Positions 28,572 through 36,440 are shown, counted from the first letter of the stretch. The stretch: DNA of 64,000 nucleotides from Anaerosomatales bacterium (GCA_029210645.1 JARGFT010000001.1:1035-65034), one strand, 5' to 3'. The notes: generated by a model not told the origin, from the sequence alone. Numbers and translations are program-made.

Positions 28572-30083
28572 ATGCCGATATCGCTCATACAGCCCGAGTT
28601 CAAGGTCCACATCGACTACGACAAGTGCCACAAGTGTGGCCGGTGCGTCCAGCAGTGCGGGTGGAGCGTGTACTCGTTCAACGAGCGGCCGATCCCGGAC
28701 GACTCCAAGTGCCGCGCGTGCCACCGCTGCGTGACGTACTGTCCCGCCCACTGCATCACCATCAGGAAGAACGATCTCGCGCTGCGGGACAACGCCAACT
28801 GGTCCCCTGCGCTTCGCCAGGGCGTGTGGCGCCAGGCCGAGACCGGCGGCGTCATGCTGACCGGCATGGGCAACGACAAGCCGTACCTGTCGATCTTCGA
28901 TCACCTGCTGCTCGACGCGTGCCAGGTCACCAACCCGTCCATCGACCCGCTGCGCGAGCCTATGGAGCTGCGGACCTACCTCGGCCGCAAGCCCTCGGCT
29001 GTCGAGGTGACCTCCGACGGCAACGGCGGCTTTCGGCTTGCCGAGGGCGCGGGAGTGCAGAAGAACATCAAGCTGGACGTCCCCATCATCTTCTCGCCGA
29101 TGAGTTACGGCTCGGTCTCGCTGCCCGTCCACCGCTCGCTCGCGATGGCGGCCGAGCGGCTGGGCATCCTTATGAACACCGGAGAGGGCGGTCTGCATGC
29201 CGACCTCTATCCGTACGCCGATAACGTCATCGTTCAGGTCGCCTCGGGCCGTTTCGGTGTCGACCCCGAGTACCTCAACCGGGGTGCGGCCGTAGAGATC
29301 AAGGTCGGGCAGGGCGCCAAGCCGGGTATCGGCGGACACCTGCCGGGGGAGAAGATCAACCGCGAGGTCTCCGAGACGCGCATGATCCCGCAGGGTTCGG
29401 ACGCGATCAGCCCCGCGCCGCACCACGACATCTACTCGATCGAGGACCTGCGACAGCTGATCTACTCGATCAAGGAGGCGACCGACTACAAGCCGGTGGG
29501 CGTGAAGATCGCGGCGGTCCACAACGTGGCCGCCATCGCGAGCGGCATCGTTCGCGCCGGGGCCGACTACGTCCACCTCGACGGCTTCCGAGGGGGCACC
29601 GGAGCGGCGCCGCAGATCATCCGCGACCACATCGGCATACCCATCGAGCTGGCGATCGCAGCGGTCGACCAGCGCCTGCGCGACGAGGGTATCCGCAACC
29701 AGGCGTCGATCATCGCAGCCGGCTCGATCCGCTCCTCGGCCGATCTCGCCAAGGCGATCGCTCTCGGGGCCGACGTGGTGGCCATCGGCTCGGCTGCGCT
29801 CATGGCGCTCGGTTGCCACATGTGCCAGGGCTGCCACACCGGATCGTGCTCGTGGGGGCTTACGACGCAGAAGCCCGAACTCACGCGGCGCGTCGATCCC
29901 GAGTGGGGCGCGGAGCGGCTGACGAACCTGGTCAGCGCGTGGAGCCACGAGCTGCAGGAGATCCTCGGAGCGCTCGGGGTGAATGCGGTCGAGTCACTGC
30001 GTGGCAGCCGGGAGCGGTTGCGTTCGATCGGCCTGGACGAGCAGACCGGCAGAATCCTGGGCGTCAAGCCCGCGGGAGTATAG
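28572..30083 (+). CDS. glutamate synthase FMN/Fe-S domain protein with N-terminal 2x[4Fe-4S] ferredoxin domain (GltB domain 2)
   Basis: CHKCGRCVQQC and CRACHRCVTYCP clusters, then SPMSYGSVS, KVGQGAKPGIGGHLPG, DGFRGGTGAAP and the C-terminal Cys cluster CHMCQGCHTGSC. Confidence 0.85.
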   Translation: MPISLIQPEFKVHIDYDKCHKCGRCVQQCGWSVYSFNERPIPDDSKCRACHRCVTYCPAHCITIRKNDLALRDNANWSPALRQGVWRQAETGGVMLTGMGNDKPYLSIFDHLLLDACQVTNPSIDPLREPMELRTYLGRKPSAVEVTSDGNGGFRLAEGAGVQKNIKLDVPIIFSPMSYGSVSLPVHRSLAMAAERLGILMNTGEGGLHADLYPYADNVIVQVASGRFGVDPEYLNRGAAVEIKVGQGAKPGIGGHLPGEKINREVSETRMIPQGSDAISPAPHHDIYSIEDLRQLIYSIKEATDYKPVGVKIAAVHNVAAIASGIVRAGADYVHLDGFRGGTGAAPQIIRDHIGIPIELAIAAVDQRLRDEGIRNQASIIAAGSIRSSADLAKAIALGADVVAIGSAALMALGCHMCQGCHTGSCSWGLTTQKPELTRRVDPEWGAERLTNLVSAWSHELQEILGALGVNAVESLRGSRERLRSIGLDEQTGRILGVKPAGV

Positions 30084-30094
30084 GGAGGCATCGC

Positions 30095-30940
30095 ATGACA
30101 CCGGTGACAGAGCTGACCAAGCCGGCTGCGGCCGAGGTCGCAAAGCCGATAGAGGGTTACCTCCAGGCTGTGCCCGAGGCGAGGGTCGACGGAGGTGTTG
30201 CGACGATCGATGCCCGCGGCATCTACTACAAGCACCTCAACGAGGTCGTTCGGAGATGTCTCGCCGACGGTGCGAAGAAGGTCGTGCTTGAGAGCGTCAA
30301 CGGCCAGCGCTACATCGGCACGGGACTCAAGGGCGCGGGTACGCGGATCGAGGTCCACGGAACTGCCGGTCAGGACATGGCGATGTTCATGGACGGTCCG
30401 ACGGTCGAGGTGTTCGGTAGCGCCCAGGACGGTGTAGGCAACACGATGAACGCCGGTCGCGTGATCGTGCATGGGGACGCGGGTGACGTACTCGGATACG
30501 GCATGCGCGGAGGCCAGGTCTTCATCAAGGGCGACGTCGGCTACCGGGTCGGGATCCACATGAAGGCGTACGAGACCCGTCATCCCGTCATGGTATGCGG
30601 CGGCAAAGCGAGAGACTTCTTCGGCGAGTACATGGCCGGGGGAGTGCTCGTGCTGCTCGGGATGGACAGCCGGATCGGGGGCCCGCTCGTCGGCGGATAC
30701 ATCGGCACCGGCATGCACGGAGGGGTCATCTACCTGCGGGGCGAGGTCGAGTCCTGGCAGTGCGGCAAGGAGGTCGGGACGTTTCCTGCGGATGAGAAGG
30801 ACCTTGCGACCCTGCGTCCGGTGCTCGAGGAGTACTGCGAGGCGTTCGGGATAGATGTCGACGAGGTGCTCTCGATGCCCTTCACCAAGCTCGTGCCGAT
30901 CAGTCACCGGCCCTACGGGAAGTTGTACACGTACGTATAG
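30095..30940 (+). CDS. GXGXG-motif domain protein (glutamate synthase domain 3 / FwdC-like beta-helix)
   Basis: Repeated G-x-G turns (HGTAGQDMAMFMDG..VFGSAQDGVGNTMNAGRVIVHGDAGDVLGYGMRGGQVFIKGDVGYRVG). Confidence 0.8.
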   Translation: MTPVTELTKPAAAEVAKPIEGYLQAVPEARVDGGVATIDARGIYYKHLNEVVRRCLADGAKKVVLESVNGQRYIGTGLKGAGTRIEVHGTAGQDMAMFMDGPTVEVFGSAQDGVGNTMNAGRVIVHGDAGDVLGYGMRGGQVFIKGDVGYRVGIHMKAYETRHPVMVCGGKARDFFGEYMAGGVLVLLGMDSRIGGPLVGGYIGTGMHGGVIYLRGEVESWQCGKEVGTFPADEKDLATLRPVLEEYCEAFGIDVDEVLSMPFTKLVPISHRPYGKLYTYV

Positions 30941-31098
30941 CGCAGGGCCTCGCACATGGCTGAGCGCGTCGCCGGAACGTCGGCGGAACAGCCCCGTTCG
31001 CGGGCATGCGGTACGCTTGTGCGGACTGGATATCGTGCGTGTAGGGGATTATCCAGACTGCAGAAGATGGGTTAGGTGGGACGACAGGGGGGATCGGG

Positions 31099-31362
31099 AT
31101 GGCGGTGCTCGGGCTTCCGGGCGGGATGGAATGGCTGATCATCGCATGTATGTGTCTGCCGTTCCTTGTGCTCGCGGTTGTGGCCGTCGTGCTCGTTCAG
31201 CAACGGGGTGCCGGGGCTGCCGGACAGGCTCCCACGCCGCCGGTCCCGCCAGCAGGCTGGTTTGCGGACCCGACTGGACGACACGAGCTCAGGTACTGGA
31301 ACGGTCTTTCTTGGACGGCGTCAGTCAGCGATGCCGGCACACAGTCCGACGACCCAATGTAG
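31099..31362 (+). CDS. DUF2510-domain membrane protein
   Basis: One TM span (WLIIACMCLPFLVLAVVAVVLV), a Pro-rich linker and the GWFADPTGRHELRYWNGLSWT motif. The start is ATG 31099 or 31129. Confidence 0.6.
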   Translation: MAVLGLPGGMEWLIIACMCLPFLVLAVVAVVLVQQRGAGAAGQAPTPPVPPAGWFADPTGRHELRYWNGLSWTASVSDAGTQSDDPM

Positions 31363-31521
31363 GCGAGGTCGGTCGCCCACCTAACAAGCGCATCGTTAGC
31401 AGCAGGCGCGCAGAAGGTAGACTGGACCTGCAAGCAGGCGGCGCGCAGCTCATGCGCAACACGTTAGCCACAGCAAGAATCCGGTTTGGCTCTGTTTGGA
31501 CGAGGGGCGTATCATCGGGGC

Positions 31522-31737
31522 ATGAGCACACCGGCCATCGACATCGACAATCTCGCACCGGAGGAGCGCCTCAAGCTCATCGGCGACCTGTGGGAGAGTC
31601 TGCGCGCCGAACCCGAGGCGGTGCGGCTCACCCCTTCCCAGAGAGCTGAGCTCGACCGTCGCCTTGATGCCCTGGATCGCGGGACCGCCGACATCATGAC
31701 TTGGGACGAGGCCAAGCGCCGGCTGCGCGGCTGGTAG
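31522..31737 (+). CDS. putative addiction-module antitoxin (TIGR02574-like)
   Basis: LAPEERLKLIGDLWESL....LTPSQRAELDRRL motif, 71 aa, directly upstream of a ParE/RelE-like gene. Confidence 0.65.
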   Translation: MSTPAIDIDNLAPEERLKLIGDLWESLRAEPEAVRLTPSQRAELDRRLDALDRGTADIMTWDEAKRRLRGW

Positions 31738-31739
31738 CT

Positions 31740-32042
31740 GTGTCTGGACAGCTGTGGGTCCTCGCAGACGCCGTGGCTGAGAGCGAAGCCGCTCGCGCGT
31801 GGTACGAGGTCCAGCGCCCCGGGCTTGGTGGCGAGCTCCTCGATGCGATTGACAGTGCTGTCGAATCGCTACTCGCAGTCCCCGAAGTCTGTCCCGTGGA
31901 CTATCGTGACGCGCGACGTTACCTTCTCGAGCGCTTCCCCTACTGTCTGTACTATCGTGTCGAGTCTGACGGCGTGGTCGTCGTCGCACTTCTTCATGCT
32001 GCTCGTGATCCAGCTCATAAGCGCCGTCGGCTGCATTCCTGA
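31740..32042 (+). CDS. type II toxin, RelE/ParE family
   Basis: A..E...A..WYE....GLG..L, RRYLLERFPYCLYYRV and VVVVALLHAARDP motifs. GTG 31740 lies 2 nt after the antitoxin stop. Confidence 0.7.
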   Translation: MSGQLWVLADAVAESEAARAWYEVQRPGLGGELLDAIDSAVESLLAVPEVCPVDYRDARRYLLERFPYCLYYRVESDGVVVVALLHAARDPAHKRRRLHS

Positions 32043-32085
32043 GTTCAAGTTTGAATCGCAACACACGGCCCTTCTGAGCGACTTC

Positions 32086-32211
32086 CTACGATCTTGCATA
32101 GCACTCCTCCGGTGTTCGGAACCCCAGCCGCTTCCTGGTCCGGGTGTTCAGCTTGTGCGCGATGGCGTCCAGGTCCGCCTGTGTGACGTGCGCCATGCTC
32201 GTGCGCTTCGG
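32086..32211 (-). mobile_element. IS30-family transposase C-terminal remnant (last ~40 codons only)
   Basis: ..PKRTSMAHVTQADLDAIAHKLNTRTRKRLGFRTPEECYARS* matches the conserved IS30 tail (YFPKxT...TQxELDxVAxxLNxRPRKxLGFxTPxE). No DDE core is present upstream. Confidence 0.6.
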
Positions 32212-32476
32212 CATCGCCCGGGATGAACTGATCGTCCGCTTCGGGATCGTCCGGCTGCGCATCCCGCTGGACACGATTCAGGAGGTGGTGCTTACCCACA
32301 ACCCGCTGTCCGCTCCAGCGCTGTCGCTAGACCGGCTCGCAGTCCGCACCGGCATGAGCCCGCTTTCAGAAACGATGATCTCCCCGGCTGATCGGGAGGC
32401 CTTCCTCTCCACCCTGGCGATGCACTCGAGGTTGCGACGGGATGGCGATCGGTTGGTGCGTTTCGGGCGGCCTTGA
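32195..32476 (+). CDS. bacterial PH-domain-like protein, probably N-terminally truncated at the IS30 scar
   Basis: ..DELIVRFGIVRLRIPLDTIQEV....SLDRLAVRTG....ISPADREAFLSTL pattern. Its first codons are antisense to the transposase remnant. Confidence 0.4.
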   Translation: MLVRFGIARDELIVRFGIVRLRIPLDTIQEVVLTHNPLSAPALSLDRLAVRTGMSPLSETMISPADREAFLSTLAMHSRLRRDGDRLVRFGRP

Positions 32477-32520
32477 GCGCACGCCCATGAGTATCCGACT
32501 GACGACCGTGATGCGGGAAC

Positions 32521-32967
32521 TCAGTCGTCGATGACCGCAAGACCCTGACGTTCCAGCTCGGCCAGGTGGTCCCGCATCGACTGGAGCACATCCGGGGGAT
32601 GGCCCTCCCATTCCCTGACCTCGCCGGTTACTCGCAGCGGGTCCCGGGTCCTGTAGGACCTGGTGGGGTTGCCGGGGAAGCGCTTGTTGGTCAGGTTGAG
32701 GTCGTCTTCAAAGGGACCGGTGGGTTCGACGATGTAGATCCGTCCCGCTCCCTCGCCCCGGGCCAGCTCTGCTCCCCAGACAGCCGCATCCAGGGTGCCC
32801 GTGAAGTAGATGTTGTTCGATGCCCGACCTTCCTCGAAGTTCGAGCCGTAGCCGGGAATCAGCAGTTCCCCCGGTGTGACGCTGGCCTTGGTCCCGTGGT
32901 AGAAGGGGCCCTTGATGTGGTCGTGGTGCTCGAACGTCACGGGGATATGGGCGCTGTCGTCGTCCAC
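32521..32967 (-). CDS. arr: NAD+--rifampin ADP-ribosyltransferase
   Basis: 148 aa, collinear with Arr as I recall it: GPFYHGTKA.., NIYFTGTLDAAVWGAELA, IYIVEPTGPFEDDLNLTNKRFPGNPTRSYRTRDPLRV, EWEGHP. Confidence 0.9.
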   Translation of the reverse strand: MDDDSAHIPVTFEHHDHIKGPFYHGTKASVTPGELLIPGYGSNFEEGRASNNIYFTGTLDAAVWGAELARGEGAGRIYIVEPTGPFEDDLNLTNKRFPGNPTRSYRTRDPLRVTGEVREWEGHPPDVLQSMRDHLAELERQGLAVIDD

Positions 32968-33011
32968 GACCGGTCTCCTTGCTCGTTCCCAACGGAGGTT
33001 CTGGCGTACAG

Positions 33012-33073
33012 GTAGATACCCCCTACCGCCTCTAGCCGCACGGGCTCTTTCGACCGCGCGACGGGGTATCTAC
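33012..33073. repeat. 11-bp inverted repeat pair upstream of arr
   Basis: GTAGATACCCC (33012-33022) and GGGGTATCTAC (33063-33073) are perfect complements 40 nt apart, 45-106 nt upstream of the arr ATG. Confidence 0.7.
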
Positions 33074-33115
33074 GTTGGTGACGCACCCCGAATCGCAGGC
33101 AGAGGAGCACTACTG

Positions 33116-33498
33116 ATGATGTACGTAGCGCTGCTGCCCGGCATGGACGAGGGGAGGACCTACATCAACTCCGGCCACGTGATCTTTCGCAGCGATTCGG
33201 CGGATGCCGTGAAAGCTGTGCTGAACGAGCTGCCGGACACCTGGGTAAACGACGACTCCGCGAAGTGCGACGTGATACTCCTGGGGGAGGACGTGGACGC
33301 TCCGGAGGTCCTCGAGCAGCTTGTGATCAAGCCGGACATCGATGACGTCAGAGATATGTTCCGGGAGCCGTTCTCTGGCGCGTGGAGCGTTCGGTCACCA
33401 GGAGCGGCTTGATGAAGCTGGTCGGCGCCGAACTCTACGCGCAGACGACGGTTCGCAACTGCAATACACCGCGCAAGCTTGCCGGGATGATGCAGTAA
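33116..33498 (+). pseudogene. decayed DUF1697-family gene (internal deletion plus frameshift)
   Basis: The N-terminus MMYVALLPGM-DEGRTYINSGHVIFRSD lacks the segment normally found between YVALLRGINVGG and VRTYIQSGNV. The family's C-terminal ..TTVRNCNTPRKLAGMMQ* is in another frame (stop 33496-33498). Confidence 0.5.
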
Positions 33499-33562
33499 GC
33501 TGGTGCGGTTTGTCGTACTCTGTAGGACCTCGTACGCGGCCAAGAGGACATGTGAGGTAGCG

Positions 33563-34603
33563 ATGAAGATCGGACTCGTCGGCTTTGCCGGCTCGGGCAA
33601 GACCACCGTGTTCAACACCATGACCGGTTTAGACGTGCCCGTCGGCTACGGCGGCGAGGTGCGGCTCGGGACGGTGCGCGTGCCCGACGAGCGCATCGAC
33701 CGGCTCTCGGCGATGTTCACTCCGAAGAAGACCACCTACGCCGAGATGACCTTCTGCGACGTGCCCGGCGAGCACGGAGCCGAGCGCAAGGGCCTCTCGT
33801 CGCGGGCGCTTTCGACCATCCGCGAACAGGAAGCGCTCGCGCTCGTGCTCCGCGACTTCGGCAATCCGGCGATCGAGGGCGATGCCGACCCGCTGCGGGA
33901 CCTGAGCGCGTTCACTGACGAATGCATCCTCGCCGACCTCGGAATCGTCGAGGGGCTCCTGGCCCGCGCGCGCAAGGAGAACCTGCCGGCCGCCGACCGC
34001 GAGCGGCTCGAGCGGATGCAAGCCGTCCTCGAAGAGGGGAGGCCGCTGCGCACCCTCTCGGCCACTGAGCTGGACCGCGCCTCGCTCAAGGGCTACCAGC
34101 TGCTGACCGACCGCCCTCTGCTGGTGGTCGTGAACCGTGAGGAGGCCGGGGCCGCCGAGCCATTGCCTGAAGATCTCGCGGCGCGAGTCTCAGAGCTGGG
34201 AGCCGGTGGTCTCGCGCTTTCGGCGAGCGTCGAGGCGGAGATCGCCACACTCGACGCGGAGGACCAGGCGGCCTTCCTTCAGGACCTCGGGCTTGCCGAG
34301 TCCGCCCTCGCGCGCTTCATCCGGACCGCATACGGCCTTCTCGACCTCATCAGCTTCTTCACGGTGGGCGAGGACGAGGTGCGCGCGTGGACCATCACGC
34401 GCGGGATGAACGCCCGGACGGCCGCCGGCAAGATCCACTCCGACCTGGAGCGCGGGTTCATCCGGGCCGAGGTGATGGGCTACGACGTCTTCATCGAGCA
34501 CGGCAGCGAGCACGCCGTGAAGGAGGCGGGCCTGTTCCGCGTCGAAGGCAAAGACTACGTGGTTGCGGACGGCGACATCATGAACATCCGCTTCAACGTG
34601 TAG
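33563..34603 (+). CDS. ychF: redox-regulated ATPase YchF (Obg-like GTPase family)
   Basis: MKIGLVGFAGSGKTTVFN P-loop and a C-terminal TGS-like domain (AWTI..G..A..AAGKIHSDLERGFIRAEV). Confidence 0.9.
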   Translation: MKIGLVGFAGSGKTTVFNTMTGLDVPVGYGGEVRLGTVRVPDERIDRLSAMFTPKKTTYAEMTFCDVPGEHGAERKGLSSRALSTIREQEALALVLRDFGNPAIEGDADPLRDLSAFTDECILADLGIVEGLLARARKENLPAADRERLERMQAVLEEGRPLRTLSATELDRASLKGYQLLTDRPLLVVVNREEAGAAEPLPEDLAARVSELGAGGLALSASVEAEIATLDAEDQAAFLQDLGLAESALARFIRTAYGLLDLISFFTVGEDEVRAWTITRGMNARTAAGKIHSDLERGFIRAEVMGYDVFIEHGSEHAVKEAGLFRVEGKDYVVADGDIMNIRFNV

Positions 34604-34611
34604 AGGCGCTC

Positions 34612-35828
34612 TCAGGCGACGCGCCGAGGTGTCTCGGCGTCCTGTCCGATCTCGGCCGTGAACGGCCGCCCCAGCTTCTTGCAGAGCCGCTGGATCGTGT
34701 CCTTGCCGGTGATCAGCGCGATCGGCAGTCCGCCCGGGGGCTGTAGCCACTGGCCGGAGAGCACGAAGTCCTCCAACCCCTTGATGCGGCCGGTGTGCGC
34801 CATCATCTTGCTGCTCCGGGTAGGGAAGAACGCCATGAATGCTCCCCGGTGCGCGTTACAGTAGCGGTCGTAGGTCGTCGGCGTGGCCACGTCGAGGACC
34901 GTGAGCTTGCCGGCCATCTGCGGAAGCTGCTTCTCGATGGCCGCACGTACCGCCTCGCCCACACGCTCCTTCTCGCGCCGGTATGCGGTGCGGTCCTGTG
35001 CGAGCGCGAACCAGCGATCGACCTCCTCGCCGAAGTGGTTGAGCGCGACGGTGAGCGCGGTGCACCCCGCCGGCGCGAAGCCGGGCTCGTAGCCGTAGTG
35101 GTTGAGCGTGATCTGTGTGACGGTGCTGCCGGCGACCTCGATCGGCTCGCAGTCGAACCGCACCGTTCGCGGCACGTCGCCGACCTCCCCCTCGCAGCCG
35201 GTTTCGACCCGGCCGCCGAGGGTGCGGTACCGCCCGGCCATGCGGTCGGCGAGCGCCTTCGAGCCGCCCACGGGAATCGAGGACTGTCCCTTCGCAAAGG
35301 TCGCGAGCCCGAAGAAGAGGAAGGCGGACGAGTAGTCGCCCGGAGCGAACGTGGCGAACATCTCACGGATGGCAGGATGGGTGAAGCGCTGCGAGTATTC
35401 CTCGAGGCCGACCTTACCGTAGCGCTTCATCACCGCGCCGGCGTCCTTCATCGAGGCGAAGTAGCGCACCTTCTCGATGAGCGACATCATGTCGACGGGC
35501 TTGTCGAGCTGATCGTCGAAACTGCCGAGTTGCCTGATGGTCGCGATGAACTCCTCGATGGCGTCGGCGTCGGCGGGGGAGAGCTCGAGCCAGCTTGCGC
35601 GCAACCGCTCGAGGTCCCGGTAGATCGGCACCGTGCCGCTCTCGTGCTCGTACGTGAGGAACGTCTCGGGGTGGTAGATCTCGACGCCATCGAGCGCGCC
35701 GACGCTCCTCCAGAGATCGTTCATCGGCGTGCCCTCTTTCGTGCCGAGAGCCCGGCGATCCCGCCGCCGATGATGACGATGCTCGGTGCGTCGCCGTTCC
35801 TGGTCGTGCGTGCTGCTGTCGTGCTCAC
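34612..35828 (-). pseudogene. FAD-dependent oxidoreductase (phytoene-desaturase-like, COG1233 type) disrupted by an out-of-frame internal deletion
   Basis: GTG 35828 (GTGA overlap with the TetR stop) opens VSTTAARTTRNGDAPSIVIIGGGIAGLSARKRARR*, which stops at 35723-35721. The remaining 370 codons (MNDLWRSVGAL.. from ATG 35724) are in a different frame. Confidence 0.65.
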
Positions 35829-36418
35829 TGCTGCTCATCCTTTGCCGTGACGTGCTTCCTGGTTGCCTGCATCCCGGCCGCGATCTCCTCGCCCGTTTCG
35901 AGCAGGAGCTCCTCGGCCGCTTTCTCGTCCATCCACGACGGGAGGTGATCGTTTGCCACCATCGCCGAGAGTCCCAACTGGAAGACGCGCATCTTGAGGA
36001 AGAGGCGCCTGCGCGCGCCATCGGTCCATCCGGCAAGCTCAGGATGTGCAGCCATAAGGGGGGCCATCGCGTCCTCGATCTGCTCGTGCGGGGTCATGAA
36101 GTCGTTGGGCTCGAGGGCCATCTCGCGGAAGAGGGCGGGGTAGTCGCGTGCGAACGCGAGCGACGCCTTGCCCATGTTCTCGAAGGGGTTGGGGCCGGTC
36201 TGCGCGGCGAGGAGCTCGCCCGACATGGCCGAGACCCGCTCGACCACGGCCGCGCTCAGCTCGTCGACGGTCGCGAAGTTCTGGTAGATCGGAGCGACCG
36301 AACAGCCCAGGCGCCTGGCGACGGCCCGCGTGGAGATCGCTGAGAACCCGCCCTCCTTGGCGATCTCGAACGCGGCCTCGACGATCGTGTCACGGTCGTA
36401 CTTGGTGGTCGGCGGCAT
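35825..36418 (-). CDS. TetR/AcrR family transcriptional regulator
   Basis: N-terminal HTH (AFEIAKEGGFSAISTRAVARRLGCSVAPIYQNF) and an SD GGAGGT upstream of the ATG. Confidence 0.85.
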   Translation of the reverse strand: MPPTTKYDRDTIVEAAFEIAKEGGFSAISTRAVARRLGCSVAPIYQNFATVDELSAAVVERVSAMSGELLAAQTGPNPFENMGKASLAFARDYPALFREMALEPNDFMTPHEQIEDAMAPLMAAHPELAGWTDGARRRLFLKMRVFQLGLSAMVANDHLPSWMDEKAAEELLLETGEEIAAGMQATRKHVTAKDEQQ

Positions 36419-36440
36419 GTGACCTCCTGCAATAGCACCC

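Noticed and set aside
31081-31098. GGGGATCG string resembling the tRNA-Leu T-arm as a possible att site linking the islet to the tRNA at 17.3 kb
   Set aside because: Only about 8 nt match, which is expected by chance in GC-rich DNA. No integrase gene is present.
31701-31739. TTG 31701 as the start of the ParE-like toxin
   Set aside because: It would overlap the antitoxin by 37 nt and add residues not seen in the family. GTG 31740, just after the antitoxin stop, fits the family N-terminus better.
33012-33073. Equating the arr upstream inverted repeat with the published rifamycin-associated element
   Set aside because: I cannot recall the element's sequence reliably, and the repeat here is a split 11-bp pair rather than one compact palindrome. 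It is kept only as an unexplained repeat.
34612-36036. 474-aa ORF as a single intact gene
   Set aside because: Its 5' 100 codons overlap the TetR gene and read as nonsense (SSTHDQERRRTEHRHHRRRDRR). The real Rossmann motif is in another frame and terminates early. I therefore treat it as a disrupted gene (see findings).
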